DNA of 43,803 nucleotides, taken from Nemertoderma westbladi. Taxonomy: Eukaryota > Animalia > Xenacoelomorpha. The translations under genes were made by a program, and so were the position numbers. The DNA is taken from the NCBI GenBank assembly GCA_032718475.1, contig JAUCBJ010006432.1, positions 1 through 43,803 on the forward strand. Reading direction: 5' to 3'. The notes under the pieces are model-generated. The model saw only the letters and a program-made list of their open reading frames with translations. It was not told where the DNA came from and ran no database searches. Below are positions 11,345 through 25,951 of this stretch, in pieces (the first letter of the stretch is position 1; each line of letters begins with the position of its first letter).

Positions 11345-14300
11345 TGTAGATCCGTCGTTCTGTAGATCTGTCGTTCTGTAGATCTGTCGTCCTTTAGATC
11401 TGTCGATCTGTAGATCTGTCGTTCTGTAGATCTGTCGTTCTGTAGATCTGTAGATCTGTCGTTCTGTAGATCTGTCGTTCTGTAGATCTGTCGTTCTGTA
11501 GATAAGTCGTTCTGTAGATCTGTCGTTCTGTAGATCTGTCGTCCTTTAGATCTGTCGATCTGTAGATCTGTCGTTCTGTAGATCTGTCGTTCTGTAGATC
11601 TGTAGATCTGTCGTTCTGTAGATCTGTCGTTCTGTAGATCTGTAGATCTGTCGTTCTGTAGATCTGTCGTTCTGTAGATCTGTCGTTCTGTAGATAAGTC
11701 GTTCTGTAGATCTATCGTTCTGTAGATCTGTCGTCCTTTAGATCTGTCGATCTGTAGATCTGTCGTTCTGTAGATCTGTCGTTCTGTAGATCTGTAGATC
11801 TGTCGTTCTGTAGATCTGTCGTTCTGTAGATCTGTCGTTCTGTAGATAAGTCGTTCTGTAGATCTGTCGTTCTTTAGATCTGTCGTTCTGTAGATCTGTC
11901 GTTCTGTAGATCTGTCGTTCTGTAGATCCGTCGATCTGTAGATCTGTCGTTCTGTAGATCTGTCGTTCTGTAGATCTGTCGTTCTGTAGATCTGTCGTTC
12001 TGTAGATATGTCGTTCTGTAGATCTGTCGTTCTGTAGATCTGTCGTTCTGTAGATCCGTCGTTCTGTAGATCCGTCGTTCTGTAGATAAGTCGTTCTGTA
12101 GATCTGTCGTTCTGTAGATCTGTCGTTCTGTAGATCTGTCGTTCTGTAGATCTGTCGTCCTTTAGATCTGTCGATCTGTAGATCTGTCGTTCTGTAGATC
12201 TGTCGTTCTGTAGATCTGTCGTTCTGTAGATATGTCGTTCTGTAGATCTGTCGTTCTGTAGATCTGTCGTTCTGTCGATCTGTAGATCTGTCGTTCTGTA
12301 GATCTGTCGTTCTGTAGATCTGTCGTTCTGTAGTCTGTAGATCTGTCGTTCTTTAGATCTGTCGTTCTGTAGATCTGTCGTTCTGTAGATCTGTCATTCT
12401 GTAGATCTGTCGTTCTGTAGATCTGTCGTTCTGTATGTAGATATGTCGTTCTGTAGATCTGTCGTTCTGTATGTAGATCTGTCGTTCTGTAGATCTGTCA
12501 TTCTGTAGATCTGTCGTTCTATAGATCTGTCGTTCTTTAGATCTGTCGTTCTATAGATCTGTCGTTCTTTAGATCTGTCGTTCTGTAGATCTGTCGTCCT
12601 TTAGATCTGTCGTTCTGTAGATCTGTCGTTCTGTAGATCTGTCGTTCTGTAGATCTGTCGTTCTGTAGATCTGTCGCTCTGTAGATCTGTCGTTCTGTAG
12701 TCTGTAGATCTGTCGTTCTTTAGATCTGTCGTTCTGTAGATCTGTCGTTCTGTAGATCTGTCGTTCTGTAAATATGTCGTTCTGTAAATATGTCGTTCTG
12801 TATGTAGATCTGTCGTTCTGTAGATCTGTCATTCTGTAGATCTGTCGTTCTATAGATCTGTCGTTCTTTAGATCTGTCGTTCTTTAGATCTGTCGTTCTA
12901 TAGATCTGTCGTTCTTTAGATCTGTCGTTCTGTAAATATGTCGTTCTGTAAATATGTCGTTCTGTAAATATGTCGTTCTGTATGTAGATCTGTCGTTCTG
13001 TAGATCTGTCATTCTGTAGATCTGTCGTTCTATAGATCTGTCGTTCTTTAGATCTGTCGTTCTTTAGATCTGTCGTTCTATAGATCTGTCGTTCTTTAGA
13101 TCTGTCGTTCTGTAAATATGTCGTTCTGTAAATATGTCGTTCTGTATGTAGATCTGTCGTTCTGTAGATCTGTCATTCTGTAGATCTGTCGTTCTATAGA
13201 TCTGTCGTTCTTTAGATCTGTCGTTCTATAGATCTGTCGTTCTTTAGATCTGTCGTTCTGTAGATCTGTCGTCCTTTAGATCTGTCGTTCTGTAGATCTG
13301 TCGTTCTGTAGATCTGTCGTTCTGTAGATCTGTCGCTCTGTAGATCTGTCGTTCTGTAGTCTGTAGATCTGTCGTTCTTTAGATCTGTCGTTCTGTAGAT
13401 CTGTCGTTCTGTAGATCTGTCGTTCTGTAAATATGTCATTCTGTAGATCTGTCGATCTGTAGTCTGTAGATCTGTCGTTCTGTAGATCTGTCATTCTGTA
13501 GATCTGTCGTTCTGTAGATCTGTCGTTCTGTATGTAGATCTGTCGTTCTGTAGATCTGTCGTTCTGTAGATCTGTCGATCTGTAGTCTGTAGATCTGTCG
13601 TTCTGTAGATCTGTCATTCTGTAGATCTGTCGTTCTGTAGATCTGTCGTTCTGTATGTAGATCTGTCGTTCTGTAGATCTGTCGTTCTGTAGATCTGTCA
13701 TTCTGTAGATCTGTCGTTCTATAGATCTGTCGTTCTTTAGATCTGTCGTTCTGTAGATCTGTCGTTCTTTAGATCTGTCGTTCTGTAGATCTGTCGTTCT
13801 GTAGATCTGTAGATCTGTCGTTCTATAGATCTGTCGTTCTTTAGATCTGTCGTTCTGTAGATCTGTCGTCCTTTAGATCTGTCGTTCTGTAGATATGTCG
13901 TTCTGTAGATCTGTCGTTCTGTAGATCTGTCGTTCTGTAGATCTGTCGTTCTGTAGTCTGTAGATCTGTCGTTCTTTAGATCTGTCGTTCTGTAGATCTG
14001 TCGTTCTGTAGATCTGTCGTTCTGTAAATATGTCGTTCTGTAGATCTGTCGTTCTGTATGTAGATCTGTCGTTCTGTAGATCTGTCGTTCTGTATGTAGA
14101 TCTGTCGTTCTGTAGATCTGTCATTCTGTAGATCTGTCGTTCTATAGATCTGTCGTTCTTTAGATCTGTCGTTCTGTAGATCTGTGGTCCTTTAGATCTG
14201 TCGATCTGTAGATCTGTGGTCCTTTAGATCTGTCGATCTGTAGATCTGTCGTTCTGTAGATCTGTCGTTCTGTAGATCTGTCGTTCTGTAGATCTGTCGT

Positions 14301-17300
14301 TCTGTAGATCTGTCGTTCTGTAGATCTGTGGTCCTTTAGATCTGTCGATCTGTAGATCTGTCGTTCTGTAGATCTGTCGTTCTGTAGATCTGTAGATCTG
14401 TCGTTCTGTAGATCTGTCGTTCTGTAGATCTGTCGTTCTGTAGATCTGTCGTTCTGTAGATCTGTCTATCTGTAGATCTGTCGATCTGTAGATCTGTCGT
14501 TCTGTAGATCTGTCGTTCTGTAGATCTGTAGATCTGTCGTTCTGTAGATCTGTGGTCCTTTAGATCTGTCGATCTGTAGATCTGTCGTTCTGTAGATCTG
14601 TCGTTCTGTAGATCTTTTCGTTCTGTAGATCTGTCGATCTGTCGTTCTGTAGATCTGTCGTTCTGTAGATCTGTCGTTCTGTAGATCTGTCGTTCTGTAG
14701 ATCTGTCTATCTGTAGATCTGTCGTTCTGTAGATCTGTCGTTCTGTAGATCTGTCGTTCTGTAGATCTGTCTATCTGTAGAACTGTCGTTCTGTAGATCT
14801 GTCGTTCTGTAGATCTGTAGATCTGTCGTTCTGTAGATCTGTCGTTCTGTAGATCTGTCGTTCTGTAGATAAGTCGTTCTGTAGATCTGTCGTTCTGTAG
14901 ATCTGTCGTTCTGTAGATCTGTCGTTCTGTAGATCTGTCGTCCTTTAGATCTGTCGATCTATAGATCTGTCGTTCTGTAGATCTGTCGTTCTGTAGATCT
15001 GTCGTTCTGTAGATCTGTCGTTCTGTAGATCTTTTCGTTCCGTAGATCTGTCGATCTGTCGTTCTGTAGATCTGTCGTTCTGTAGATCTGTCGTTCTGTA
15101 GATCTGTCGTTCTGTAGATCTGTCTATCTGTAGATCTGTCGTTCTGTAGATCTGTCGTTCTGTAGATCTGTCGTTCTGTAGATCTGTCGTTCTGTAGATC
15201 TGTCGTTCTGTAGATCTGTCGTTCTGTAGATCTGTCGTTCTGTAGATCTGTCGTTCTGTAGATCTGTGGTCCTTTAGATCTGTCGATCTGTAGATCTGTC
15301 GTTCTGTAGATCTGTCGTTCTGTAGATCTGTCGTTCTGTAGATCTGTCGTTCTGTAGATCTGTCGTTCTGTAGATCTGTCGTTCTGTAGATCTGTCGTTC
15401 TGTAGATCTGTCGTTCTGTAGATCTTTTCGTTCTGTAGATCTGTCGATCTGTCGTTCTGTAGATCTGTCGTTCTGTAGATCTGTCGTTCTGTAGATCTGT
15501 CGTTCTGTAGATCTGTCTATCTGTAGATCTGTCGATCTGTAGATCTGTCGTTCTGTAGATCTGTCGTTCTGTAGATCTGTCGTTCTGTAGATCTGTCGTT
15601 CTGTAGATCTGTCGTTCTGTAGATCTGTCGTTCTGTAGATCTGTGGTCCTTTAGATCTGTCGATCTGTAGATCTGTCGATCTGTAGATCTGTCGTTCTGT
15701 AGATCTGTCGTTCTGTAGATCTGTCTATCTGTAGATCTGTCGATCTGTAGATCTGTCGTTCTGTAGATCTGTCGTTCTGTAGATCTGTCGTTCTGTAGAT
15801 CTGTCGTTCTGTAGATCTGTCGATCTGTCGATCTGTCGTTCTGTAGATCTGTCGTTCTGTAGATCTGTCGTTCTGTAGATCTTTTCGTTCTGTAGATCTG
15901 TCGATCTGTCGTTCTGTAGATCTGTCGTTCTGTAGATCTGTCGTTCTGTAGATCTGTCGTTCTGTAGATCTGTCTATCTGTAGATCTGTCGTTCTGTAGA
16001 TCTGTCGTTCTGTAGATCCGTCGTTCTGTAGATCTGTCGTTCTGTAGATCTGTCGTTCTGTAGATCTGTAGATCTGTCGTTCTGTAGATCTGTCGTTCTG
16101 TAGATCTGTCGATCTGTAGTCTGTAGATCTGTCGTTCTTTAGATCTGTCGTTCTGTAGATCTGTCGTTCTGTAGATCTGTCGTTCTGTAGATCTGTCGTT
16201 CTGTAGATCTGTCATTCTGTAGATCTGTCGTTCTATAGATCTGTCGTTCTTTAGATCTGTCGTTCTGTAGATCTGTGGTCCTTTAGATCTGTCGATCTGT
16301 AGATCTGTCGTTCTGTAGATCTGTCGTTCTGTAGATCTGTCGTTCTGTAGATCTTTTCGTTCTGTATGTAGATCTGTCGTTCTGTAGATCTGTCGTTCTG
16401 TAGATCTGTCGTTCTGTAGATCTGTCGTTCTGTCGATCTGTCGTTCTGTAGATCTGTCGTTCTGTAGATCTGTCGTTCTGTAGATCTGTCGTTCTGTAGA
16501 TCTGTCGTTCTGTAGATCTGTCGTTCTGTAGATTCGTCGTTCTGTAGATCTGTCGTTCTGTAGATCTGTCGTTCTGTAGATCTGTCGTTCTGTAGATCTG
16601 TCGTTCTGTAGATCTGTCGTTCTGTAGATCTGTCGTTCTGTAGATTCGTCGTTCTGTAGATCTGTCGTTCTGTAGATCTGTCGTTCTGTAGATCTGTGGT
16701 CCTTTAGATCTGTCGATCTGTAGATCTGTCGATCTGTAGATCTGTCGTTCTGTAGATCTGTCGTTCTGTAGATCTGTCGTTCTGTAGATCTGTCTATCTG
16801 TAGATCTGTCGATCTGTAGATCTGTCGTTCTGTAGATCTGTCGTTCTGTAGATCTGTCGTTCTGTAGATCTGTCGTTCTGTAGATCTGTCGATCTGTCGA
16901 TCTGTCGTTCTGTAGATCTGTCGTTCTGTAGATCTGTCGTTCTGTAGATCTTTTCGTTCTGTAGATCTGTCGATCTGTCGTTCTGTAGATCTGTCGTTCT
17001 GTAGATCTGTCGTTCTGTAGATCTGTCGTTCTGTAGATCTGTCTATCTGTAGATCTGTCGTTCTGTAGATCTGTCGTTCTGTAGATCCGTCGTTCTGTAG
17101 ATCTGTCGTTCTGTAGATCTGTCGTTCTGTAGATCTGTAGATCTGTCGTTCTGTAGATCTGTCGTTCTGTAGATCTGTCGATCTGTAGTCTGTAGATCTG
17201 TCGTTCTTTAGATCTGTCGTTCTGTAGATCTGTCGTTCTGTAGATCTGTCGTTCTGTAGATCTGTCGTTCTGTAGATCTGTCATTCTGTAGATCTGTCGT

Positions 17301-17995
17301 TCTATAGATCTGTCGTTCTTTAGATCTGTCGTTCTGTAGATCTGTGGTCCTTTAGATCTGTCGATCTGTAGATCTGTCGTTCTGTAGATCTGTCGTTCTG
17401 TAGATCTGTCGTTCTGTAGATTCGTCGTTCTGTAGATCTGTCGTTCTGTAGATCTGTCGTTCTGTAGATCTGTCGTTCTGTAGATCTGTCGTTCTGTAGA
17501 TCTGTCGTTCTGTAGATCTGTCGTTCTGTAGATTCGTCGTTCTGTAGATCTGTCGTTCTGTAGATCTGTCGTTCTGTAGATCTGTCGTTCTGTAGATCTG
17601 TCGTTCTGTAGATCTGTCGTTCTGTAGATCTGTCGTTCTGTAGATCTGTCGTTCTGTAGATCCGTCGTTCTGTAGATCTGTCGTTCTGTAGATCTGTCGT
17701 TCTGTAGATCTGTCGTTCTGTAAATATGTCGTTCTGTAGATCTGTCGATCTGTAGATCTGTCGTTCTGTAGATCTGTCGTTCTGTAGATCTGTCGTTCTG
17801 TAGATCTGTCGTTCTGTAGATCTGTCGTTCTGTAGATCTGTCGTTCTGTAGATCTGTCGATCTGTAGATCTGTCGTTCTGTAGATCCGTCGTTCTGTAGA
17901 TCTGTCGTTCTATAGATCTGTCGTTCTGTAGATCTGTCGTTCTGTAGATCCGTCGTTCTGTAGATCTATCGTTCTGTAGATATGTCGTTCTGTCA
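11345..17995. repeat. 16-bp satellite (TCTGTAGATCTGTCGT)n, ~400 copies
   Basis: Direct reading; recurrent variant blocks indicate sub-array duplications. Confidence 0.97.
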
Positions 17996-18240
17996 TTTTG
18001 TCATAGGCCATGAAATCTAACCAAACTTGGTACACATGTTGTTTGGCAAAACTTTAGAAATTTGTTTATAAATTTGAATTTGCGTGGGGCGTTCAGGACA
18101 AGCAACCACACACACAATTTCGAGAGGTCATATAGTTATAAAGGTCGTCAGTCTGCATTTAAGAACAAATTTTTGAGACAAAACAGGACGAGCGCATCCA
18201 TGCGACAAAGCGTATGATGCGACTAAGCGTTAGATTAAAA

Positions 18241-18429
18241 CACCACGCATAAATCAAGTTAGTAGTTATAGCTAGTTAGAGCTAGTTGCTGGATATTTAC
18301 CGCCACCACGCATAAATCAAGTTAGTAGTTATAGCTAGTTAGAGCTAGTTGCTGGATATTTACCGCCACCACGCATAAATCATGTTAGTAGTTATAGCTA
18401 GTTAGAGCTAGTTGCTGGATATTTACCGC
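18241..18429. repeat. 63-bp direct repeat, 3 copies
   Basis: caccacgcataaatc starts at 18241, 18304, 18367. Confidence 0.92.
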
Positions 18430-18787
18430 TATTGAAATAGATCAGATAGATAGAAAGATTTATTTATACAATATGTAAAAACCAAAATGATAAAAAAAAA
18501 CGAATATATATGTACTATAATTAAATATAGCCTTTTTGATATGATCTAAGTTAGTGGTTCCTACCTTCATCTACTGTGATTTATACAGTACATTTATACG
18601 AAAGTTTACCAATTAATTAATTAACAATAATACGATATGGGAAGTGCGCTATCAGTATTTATTTACAGTTATCCATATAATAATGGCACATTCGATACAG
18701 TGTGGGAAAGAATGTAGATGAGATAAAATAGCAACAAATAGACGATAACGATAAATCAGGTTTAAGGCCGACCCGCTTATTATAAGT

Positions 18788-21700
18788 GGGATTAGGCAAA
18801 TTAATTACGGAAAATAATGGGATTAGGCAAATTAATTACGGAAAATAGTTGGATTAGGCAAATTAATTACGGAAAATAATGGGATTAGGCAAATTAATTA
18901 CGGAAAATAACGGTATTAGGCAAGTTAATTACGGAAAATAGTGGGATTAGGCAAATTAATTACGGAAAATAACGGGATTAGGCAAATTAATTACGGAAAA
19001 TAATGGAATTAGGCAAATTAATTACGGAAAATAGTTGGATTAGGCAAATTAATTACGGAAAATAATGGGATTACGTAAATTAATTACGGAAAATAATGGA
19101 ATTAGGCAAATTAATTACGGAAAATAGTTGGATTAGGCAAATTAATTACGGAAAATAATGGGATTACGTAAATTCATTACGGAAAATAGTGGGATTAGGC
19201 AAATTAATTACGGAAAATAATGGAATTAGGCAAATTAATTACGGAATATAATGGAATTAGGCAAATTAATTACGGAAAATAGTGGGATTAGGCAAATTAA
19301 TTACGGAAAATAATGGGATTAGGCAAATTAATTACGGAAAATAACGGTATTAGGCAAATTAATTACGGAAACTAGTGGGATTAGGCAAATTAATTACGGA
19401 AAATAACGGGATTAGGCAAATTAATTACGGAAAATAATGGAATTAGGCAAATTAATTACGGAAAATAGTTGGATTAGGCAAATTAATTACGGAAAATAAT
19501 GGGATTACGTAAATTCATTACGGAAAATAGTGGGATTAGGCAAATTAATTACGGAAAATAATGGGATTACGTAAATTCATTACGGAAAATAGTGGGATTA
19601 GGCAAATTAATTACGGAAAATAATGGGATTAGGCAAATTAATTACGGAAAATAACGGTATTAGGCAAATTAATTACGGAAACTAGTGGGATTAGGCAAAT
19701 TAATTACGGAAAATAACGGGATTAGGCAAATTAATTACGGAAAATAATGGAATTAGGCAAATTAATTACGGAAAATAGTTGGATTAGGCAAATTAATTAC
19801 GGAATGGGATTACGTAAATTCATTACGGAAAATAGTGGGATTAGGCAAATTAATTACGGAAAATAATGGAATTAGGCAAATTAATTACGGAATATAATGG
19901 AATTAGGCAAATTAATTACGGAAAATAGTGGGATTAGGCAAATCAATTACGGAAAATAATGGAATTAGGCAAATTAATTACGGAAAATAATGGGATTAGG
20001 CAAATTAATTACGGAAAATAATGGAATTAGGCAAATTAATTACGGAAAATAATGGGATTAGGCAAATTAATTACGGAAAATAACGGGATTAGGCAAATTA
20101 ATTACGGAAAATAATGGGATTAGGCAAATTAATTACGGAATATAATGGAATTAGGCAAATTAATTACGGAAAATAGTGGGATTAGGCAAATTAATTACGG
20201 AAAATAATGGGATTAGGCAAATTAATTACGGAAAATAATGGAATTAGGCAAATTAATTACGGAAAATAACGGGATTAGGCAAATTAATTACGGAAAATAA
20301 TGGAATTAGGCAAATTAATTACGGAAAATAATGGAATTAGGCAAATTAATTACGGAAAATAATGGGATTAGGCAAATTAATTACGGAAAATAATGGAATT
20401 AGGCAAATTAATTACGGAAAATAATGGGATTAGGCAAATCAATTACGGAAAATAATGGAATTAGGCAAATTAATTACGGAAAATAATGGGATTAGGCAAA
20501 TCAATTACGGAAAATAACGGGATTAGGCAAATTAATTACGGAAAATAATGGGATTAGGCAAATTAATTACGGAAAATAATGGGATTAGGCAAATTAATTA
20601 CGGAAAATAATGGGATTAGGCAAATTAATTACGGAAAATAGTTGGATTAGGCAAATTAATTACGGAAAATAATGGGATTACGTAAATTCATTACGGAAAA
20701 TAGTTGGATTAGGCAAATTAATTACGGAAAATAATGGGATTAGGCAAATAAATTACGGAAAATAATGGGATTAGGCAAATTAATTACGGAAAATAGTTGG
20801 ATTAGGCAAATTAATTACGGAAAATAGTGGGATTAGGCAAATCAATTACGGAAAATAATGGGATTAGGCAAATAAATTACGGAAAATAGTTGGATTAGGC
20901 AAATTAATTACGGAAAATAATGGAATTAGGCAAATTAATTACGGAAAATAGTTGGATTAGGCAAATCAATTACGGAAAATAATGAGATTAGGCAAATAAA
21001 TTACGGAAAATAATGGGATTAGGCAAATTAATTACGGAAAATAGTTGGATTAGGCAAATCAATTACGGAAAATAATGGGATTAGGCAAATTAATTAAGGA
21101 AAATAATGGAATTAGGCAAATTAATTGCGGAAAATAATGGGATTAGGCAAATCACTTACGGAAAATAATGGGATTAGGCAAATAAATTACGGAAAATAAT
21201 GGGATTAGGCAAATTAATTACGGAAAATAGTTGGATTAGGCAAATTAATTACGGAAAATAATGGGATTACGTAAATTCATTACGGAAAATAGTGGGATTA
21301 GGAAAATTAATTACGGAAAATAATGGAATTAGGCAAATTAATTACGGAATATAATGGAATTAGGCAAATTAATTACGGAAAATAATGGGATTAGGCAAAT
21401 TAATTACGGAAAATAATGGGATTAGGCAAATTAATTACGGAAAATAATGGGATTAGGCAAATCAATTACGGAAAATAACGGGATTAGGCAAATTAATTAC
21501 GGAAAATAATGGAATTAGGCAAATTAATTACGGAAAATAACGGGATTAGGCAAATTAATTACGGAAAATAATGGAATTAGGCAAATTAATTACGGAAAAT
21601 AGTTGGATTAGGCAAATTAATTACGGAAAATAATGGGATTACGTAAATTCATTACGGAAAATAGTGGGATTAGGCAAATTAATTACGGAAAATAATGGAA

Positions 21701-23680
21701 TTAGGCAAATTAATTACGGAATATAATGGAATTAGGCAAATTAATTACGGAAAATAGTGGGATTAGGCAAATCAATTACGGAAAATAATGGAATTAGGCA
21801 AATTAATTACGGAAAATAATGGGATTAGGCAAATTAATTACGGAAAATAATGGAATTAGGCAAATTAATTACGGAAAATAATGGGATTAGGCAAATCAAT
21901 TACGGAAAATAACGGGATTAGGCAAATTAATTACGGAAAATAATGGGATTAGGCAAATTAATTAAGGAAAATAATGGGATTAGGCAAATAAATTACGGAA
22001 AATAATGGGATTAGGCAAATTAATTACGAAAAATAATGGGATTAGGCAAATTAATTACGGAAAATAGTTGGATTAGGCAAATTAATTACGGAAAATAGTG
22101 GGATTAGGCAAATCAATTACGGAAAATAATGGGATTAGGAAAATAAATTACGGAAAATAATGGGATTAGGCAAATAAATTACGGAAAATAATGGGATTAG
22201 GCAAATTAATTACGGAAAATAGTTGGATTAGGCAAATCAATTGCGGAAAATAATGGGATTAGGCAAATTAATTACGGAAAATAGTTGGATTAGGCAAATT
22301 AATTACGGAAAATAATGGAATTAGGCAAATTAATTACGGAAAATAATGGGATTAGGCAAATCAATTACGGAAAATAGTTGGATTAGGCAAATTAATTACG
22401 GAAAATAATGGGATTACGTAAATTCATTACGGAAAATAGTTGGATTAGGCAAATTAATTACGGGAAATAATGGGATTAGGCAAATAAATTACGGAAAATA
22501 ATGGGATTAGGCAAATTAATTACGGAAAATAGTTGGATTAGGCAAATTAATTACGGAAAATAGTGGGATTAGGCAAATCAATTACGGAAAATAATGGGAT
22601 TAGGCAAATAAATTACAGAAAATAATGGGATTAGGCAAATAAATTACGGAAAATAATGGGATTAGTCAAATTAATTACGGAAAATAGTTGGATTAGGCAA
22701 ATCAATTACGGAAAATAATGGGATTAGGCAAATAAATTACGGAAAATAATGGGATTAGGCAAATTAATTACGGAAAATAGTTGGATTAGGCAAATTAATT
22801 ACGGAAAATAATGGGATTAGGCAAATTAATTACGGAAAATAATGGAATTAGGAAAATTAATTACGGAAAATAATGGGATTAGGCAAATCACTTACGGAAA
22901 ATAATGGGATTAGGCAAATAAATTACGGAAAATAATGGGATTAGGCAAATTAATTACGGAAAATAGTTGGATTAGGCAAATTAATTACGGAAAATAATGG
23001 AATTAGGCAAATTAATTACGGAAAATAATGGGATTAGGCAAATCACTTACGGAAAATAATGGGATTAGGCAAATAAATTACGGAAAATAATGGGATTAGG
23101 CAAATTAAATACGGAAAATAGTTGGATTAGGAAAATCAATTACGGAAAATAATGGGATTAGGCAAATAAATTACGGAAAATAATGGGATTAGGCAAATTA
23201 ATTACGGAAAATAGTTGGATTAGGCAAATCAATTACGGAAAATAATGGGATTAGGCAAAATAATTACGGAAAATAATGGAATTAGGCAAATTAATTACGG
23301 AAAATAATGGGATTAGGCAAATCACTTACGGAAAATAATGGGATTAGGCAAATAAATTACGGAAAATAATGGGATTAGGCAAATTAATTACGGAAAACAA
23401 TGGGATTAGGCAAATTAATTACGAAAAATAATAGGATTAGGCAAATTAATTACGGAAAATAGTTGGATTAGGCAAATTAATTACGGAAAATAATGGGATT
23501 ACGTAAATTCATTACGGAAAATAATGGGATTAGGCAAATTAATTACGAAAAATAATAGGATTAGGCAAATTAATTACGGAAAATAGTTGGATTAGGCAAA
23601 TTAATTACGGAAAATAATGGGATTAGGCAAATTAATTACGAAAAACAATAGGATTGGGCAAATGAATTACGGAAAATAAC
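18788..23680. repeat. 31-bp satellite (GGGATTAGGCAAATTAATTACGGAAAATAAT)n, ~155 copies
   Basis: Direct reading. Confidence 0.97.
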
Positions 23681-23861
23681 CTAGGAAGATATTGTGCAGC
23701 GAGACACGCAGTGACGGAGCCATTAGCAATTGATATCCATTATTATTTATATATTTGTAATTTGTCCATTCCGTCATGCCGGCAATAAACGGCTACAAAC
23801 AGCTGTTATTGCCAACATAAACAAATATTGCATAGCTGAGTATTGATGGTATGGCGGATGT

Positions 23862-24200
23862 TGCTGTCCGTCTGTCTGTCTGTCCGTCTCTCCATCATAC
23901 TGTTTGTACGTCTGTCTTCCCGTCCGTCCGTCTCTCCGTGTGACTCGCCGTCTGTATCTTTGTGTGTATATCTGTCGGTCTGTATGTATGTCGGTCAGGA
24001 TGTCAGCCTGTCTTTCTGTCTGTCAGCCTGTCTGTATCTCGGTCAGCCTGTCTGTCTGTCTGTATACCTGCGTGCCCACCTAACTCCATACATACCTCTT
24101 CCCTACAATACCTCCTTGCCTATACCTGTCTGCATGTTGGCTTGCTTCTGGCTTTCTATTGGTTAGTTTGTATATCTATCTGTATGTCTGTATTTCAGCC
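23862..24200. repeat. Degenerate (GTCT/GTAT)n microsatellite
   Basis: Runs of tctgtctg/tgtatg. Confidence 0.75.
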
Positions 24201-24916
24201 CGTCTCATAGTCTCACGGAGTACGGGAAAGGTGTTAACGTATAAAACTTAAATTCATATTATGAATCATAGATTCAAACCAATTAATTAGATTTATTTGC
24301 AACTATTATAAGTTTATTAATTTTAGAACAAAAACTTAGAAAAACATAACACGACTACATTTTGACATATGATTGATGTTGATTGTTCTCCTGTTTATAA
24401 ATATTTCCTGTAATGACCGGGTGGGAATAACACAAACCCTTAATGAAACCTTTACGGGAACTTAACAACTGTTCAACTACACCAAATAGTAGCAAATCAA
24501 ACAGTAAGTAAAAATCAGAGCGTTTACCATAACATAGAAGGGAGACTAATACATCGGCATGTCGCATACGGATCGCAGCTCAGCCGACGAAAGGAAAGGA
24601 TAACACAAACACGTTGAAACAAAGTACGAGAGAAACTCTATAAAGTTAGATTTCTGTTTTCCGAACACCTTACAGATGAAGCTGGGCAGTTCACAGTAAT
24701 AATAATTATTCTCAAACTCACGCCATAGGGTGAGGGGGTAGAATGTAAGTGACGTCACAAATTGTGACAAATATAATATCACGCATTGTTAAATAAATAT
24801 AATCCATCTAAAAACCAAAACGGGGTGGAGGGATGGGGCGGGGTTGTAATTTTTAAATTGTTGTAATTTAAGGATGTAATTTAAATAAGTTTAATTAATC
24901 TCTCCGTGTAACTTAC

Positions 24917-25084
24917 AGCTAAGGTGGCTTTATCTTTCTCGTAGTTGGCCAGCTGTCTGTTGAGTTCAGCAACCTCCTCTTTCGCACGTTGGAGCGGCTC
25001 CACTAACCGACGATTCTCCGACATCACCTCGGCCATCCTCTTCTCCAAACGTTCTTCGTTCTTTTTCATCATTTCCACTTGTTC
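24917..25084 (-). CDS. GAS8: GAS8/DRC4 exon 7
   Basis: ttacag acceptor, GTAAGT donor; 168 nt EQVEMMKKNEERLEKRMAEVMSENRRLVEPLQRAKEEVAELNRQLANYEKDKATLA. Confidence 0.95.
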
Positions 25085-25699
25085 CTGTAAATATTTCCCG
25101 CATATAGAGCAATGTTTCCTTTGTAACGGCGCGCGCACGCAGGTAAACAAAAAGGTTGTGAAGCTTGAAGAATGAGTTGTAAATGATAAAATCGGAGTAC
25201 TTAGTTAGTGGGACTATCATGGTGATGGCATCATGAGGTCAAACCTAGTTTCCATGAGTACCCCAAATCATACCAAATAACGCTAGGCTAACAGCTATAA
25301 GGAATAGTTATTTAAAATATTTGACAGTTTCCATAGGTAACATGGTTATCGATAACCATGTTATCGATATTTTTCAACACTCGATATTTTTTTTTCTCTT
25401 TTATTGGCGTTATTATACACCCAATATTTTTAATGTCTCGATATTTTTTCAATACAATATAACCTTATTTTACTATGATATAATAATAATCCCTTTTTAG
25501 TTAATTAATTTTCAATTTTCTTATCGATTCATGTATGTAGTTCCTATATTCTATTTTAACATATTTATATTTACTGGTCAATTTATTGAAATAATGATTA
25601 AATTTCCCAGTTGCCTCGCTTGGGGGCGTAATGATTTTAAAAAATAAGTAACATGAGTGAATCAATGCTGTTATCACAGAAATACAGAAAAGCAACATT

Positions 25700-25790
25700 G
25701 TGTCCATCCAGCTCCATCCAGCACCATTCAGCTCCATGCAGCTCAATGCAGCTCCATGCAGCTCCATGCAGCTCCATGCAGCTCCATCAC
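25700..25790. repeat. 10-bp repeat (GCTCCATGCA)n
   Basis: About 6-8 imperfect copies. Confidence 0.85.
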
Positions 25791-25951
25791 TCAATCAATT
25801 ATCAAAAAAATGAATCTAACTCTCTTAACAAGTAATAGAAACCCGTCCCTTGGGCCTTCGCGCAGCACAAGACTCGGCTAACCCGAATAAAGCAATCAGT
25901 TGTAAATAGAAATAAAACTAAAACTGCTGTATTACGTAGGAGATGACGATG

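Noticed and set aside
12569-17284. ORFs (TTDLQNDRSTERQIYR)n
   Set aside because: Translation of the 16-bp satellite.
18788-23680. Telomere-like TTAGG/TTAGGC content
   Set aside because: One hexamer per 31-bp unit, never tandem.
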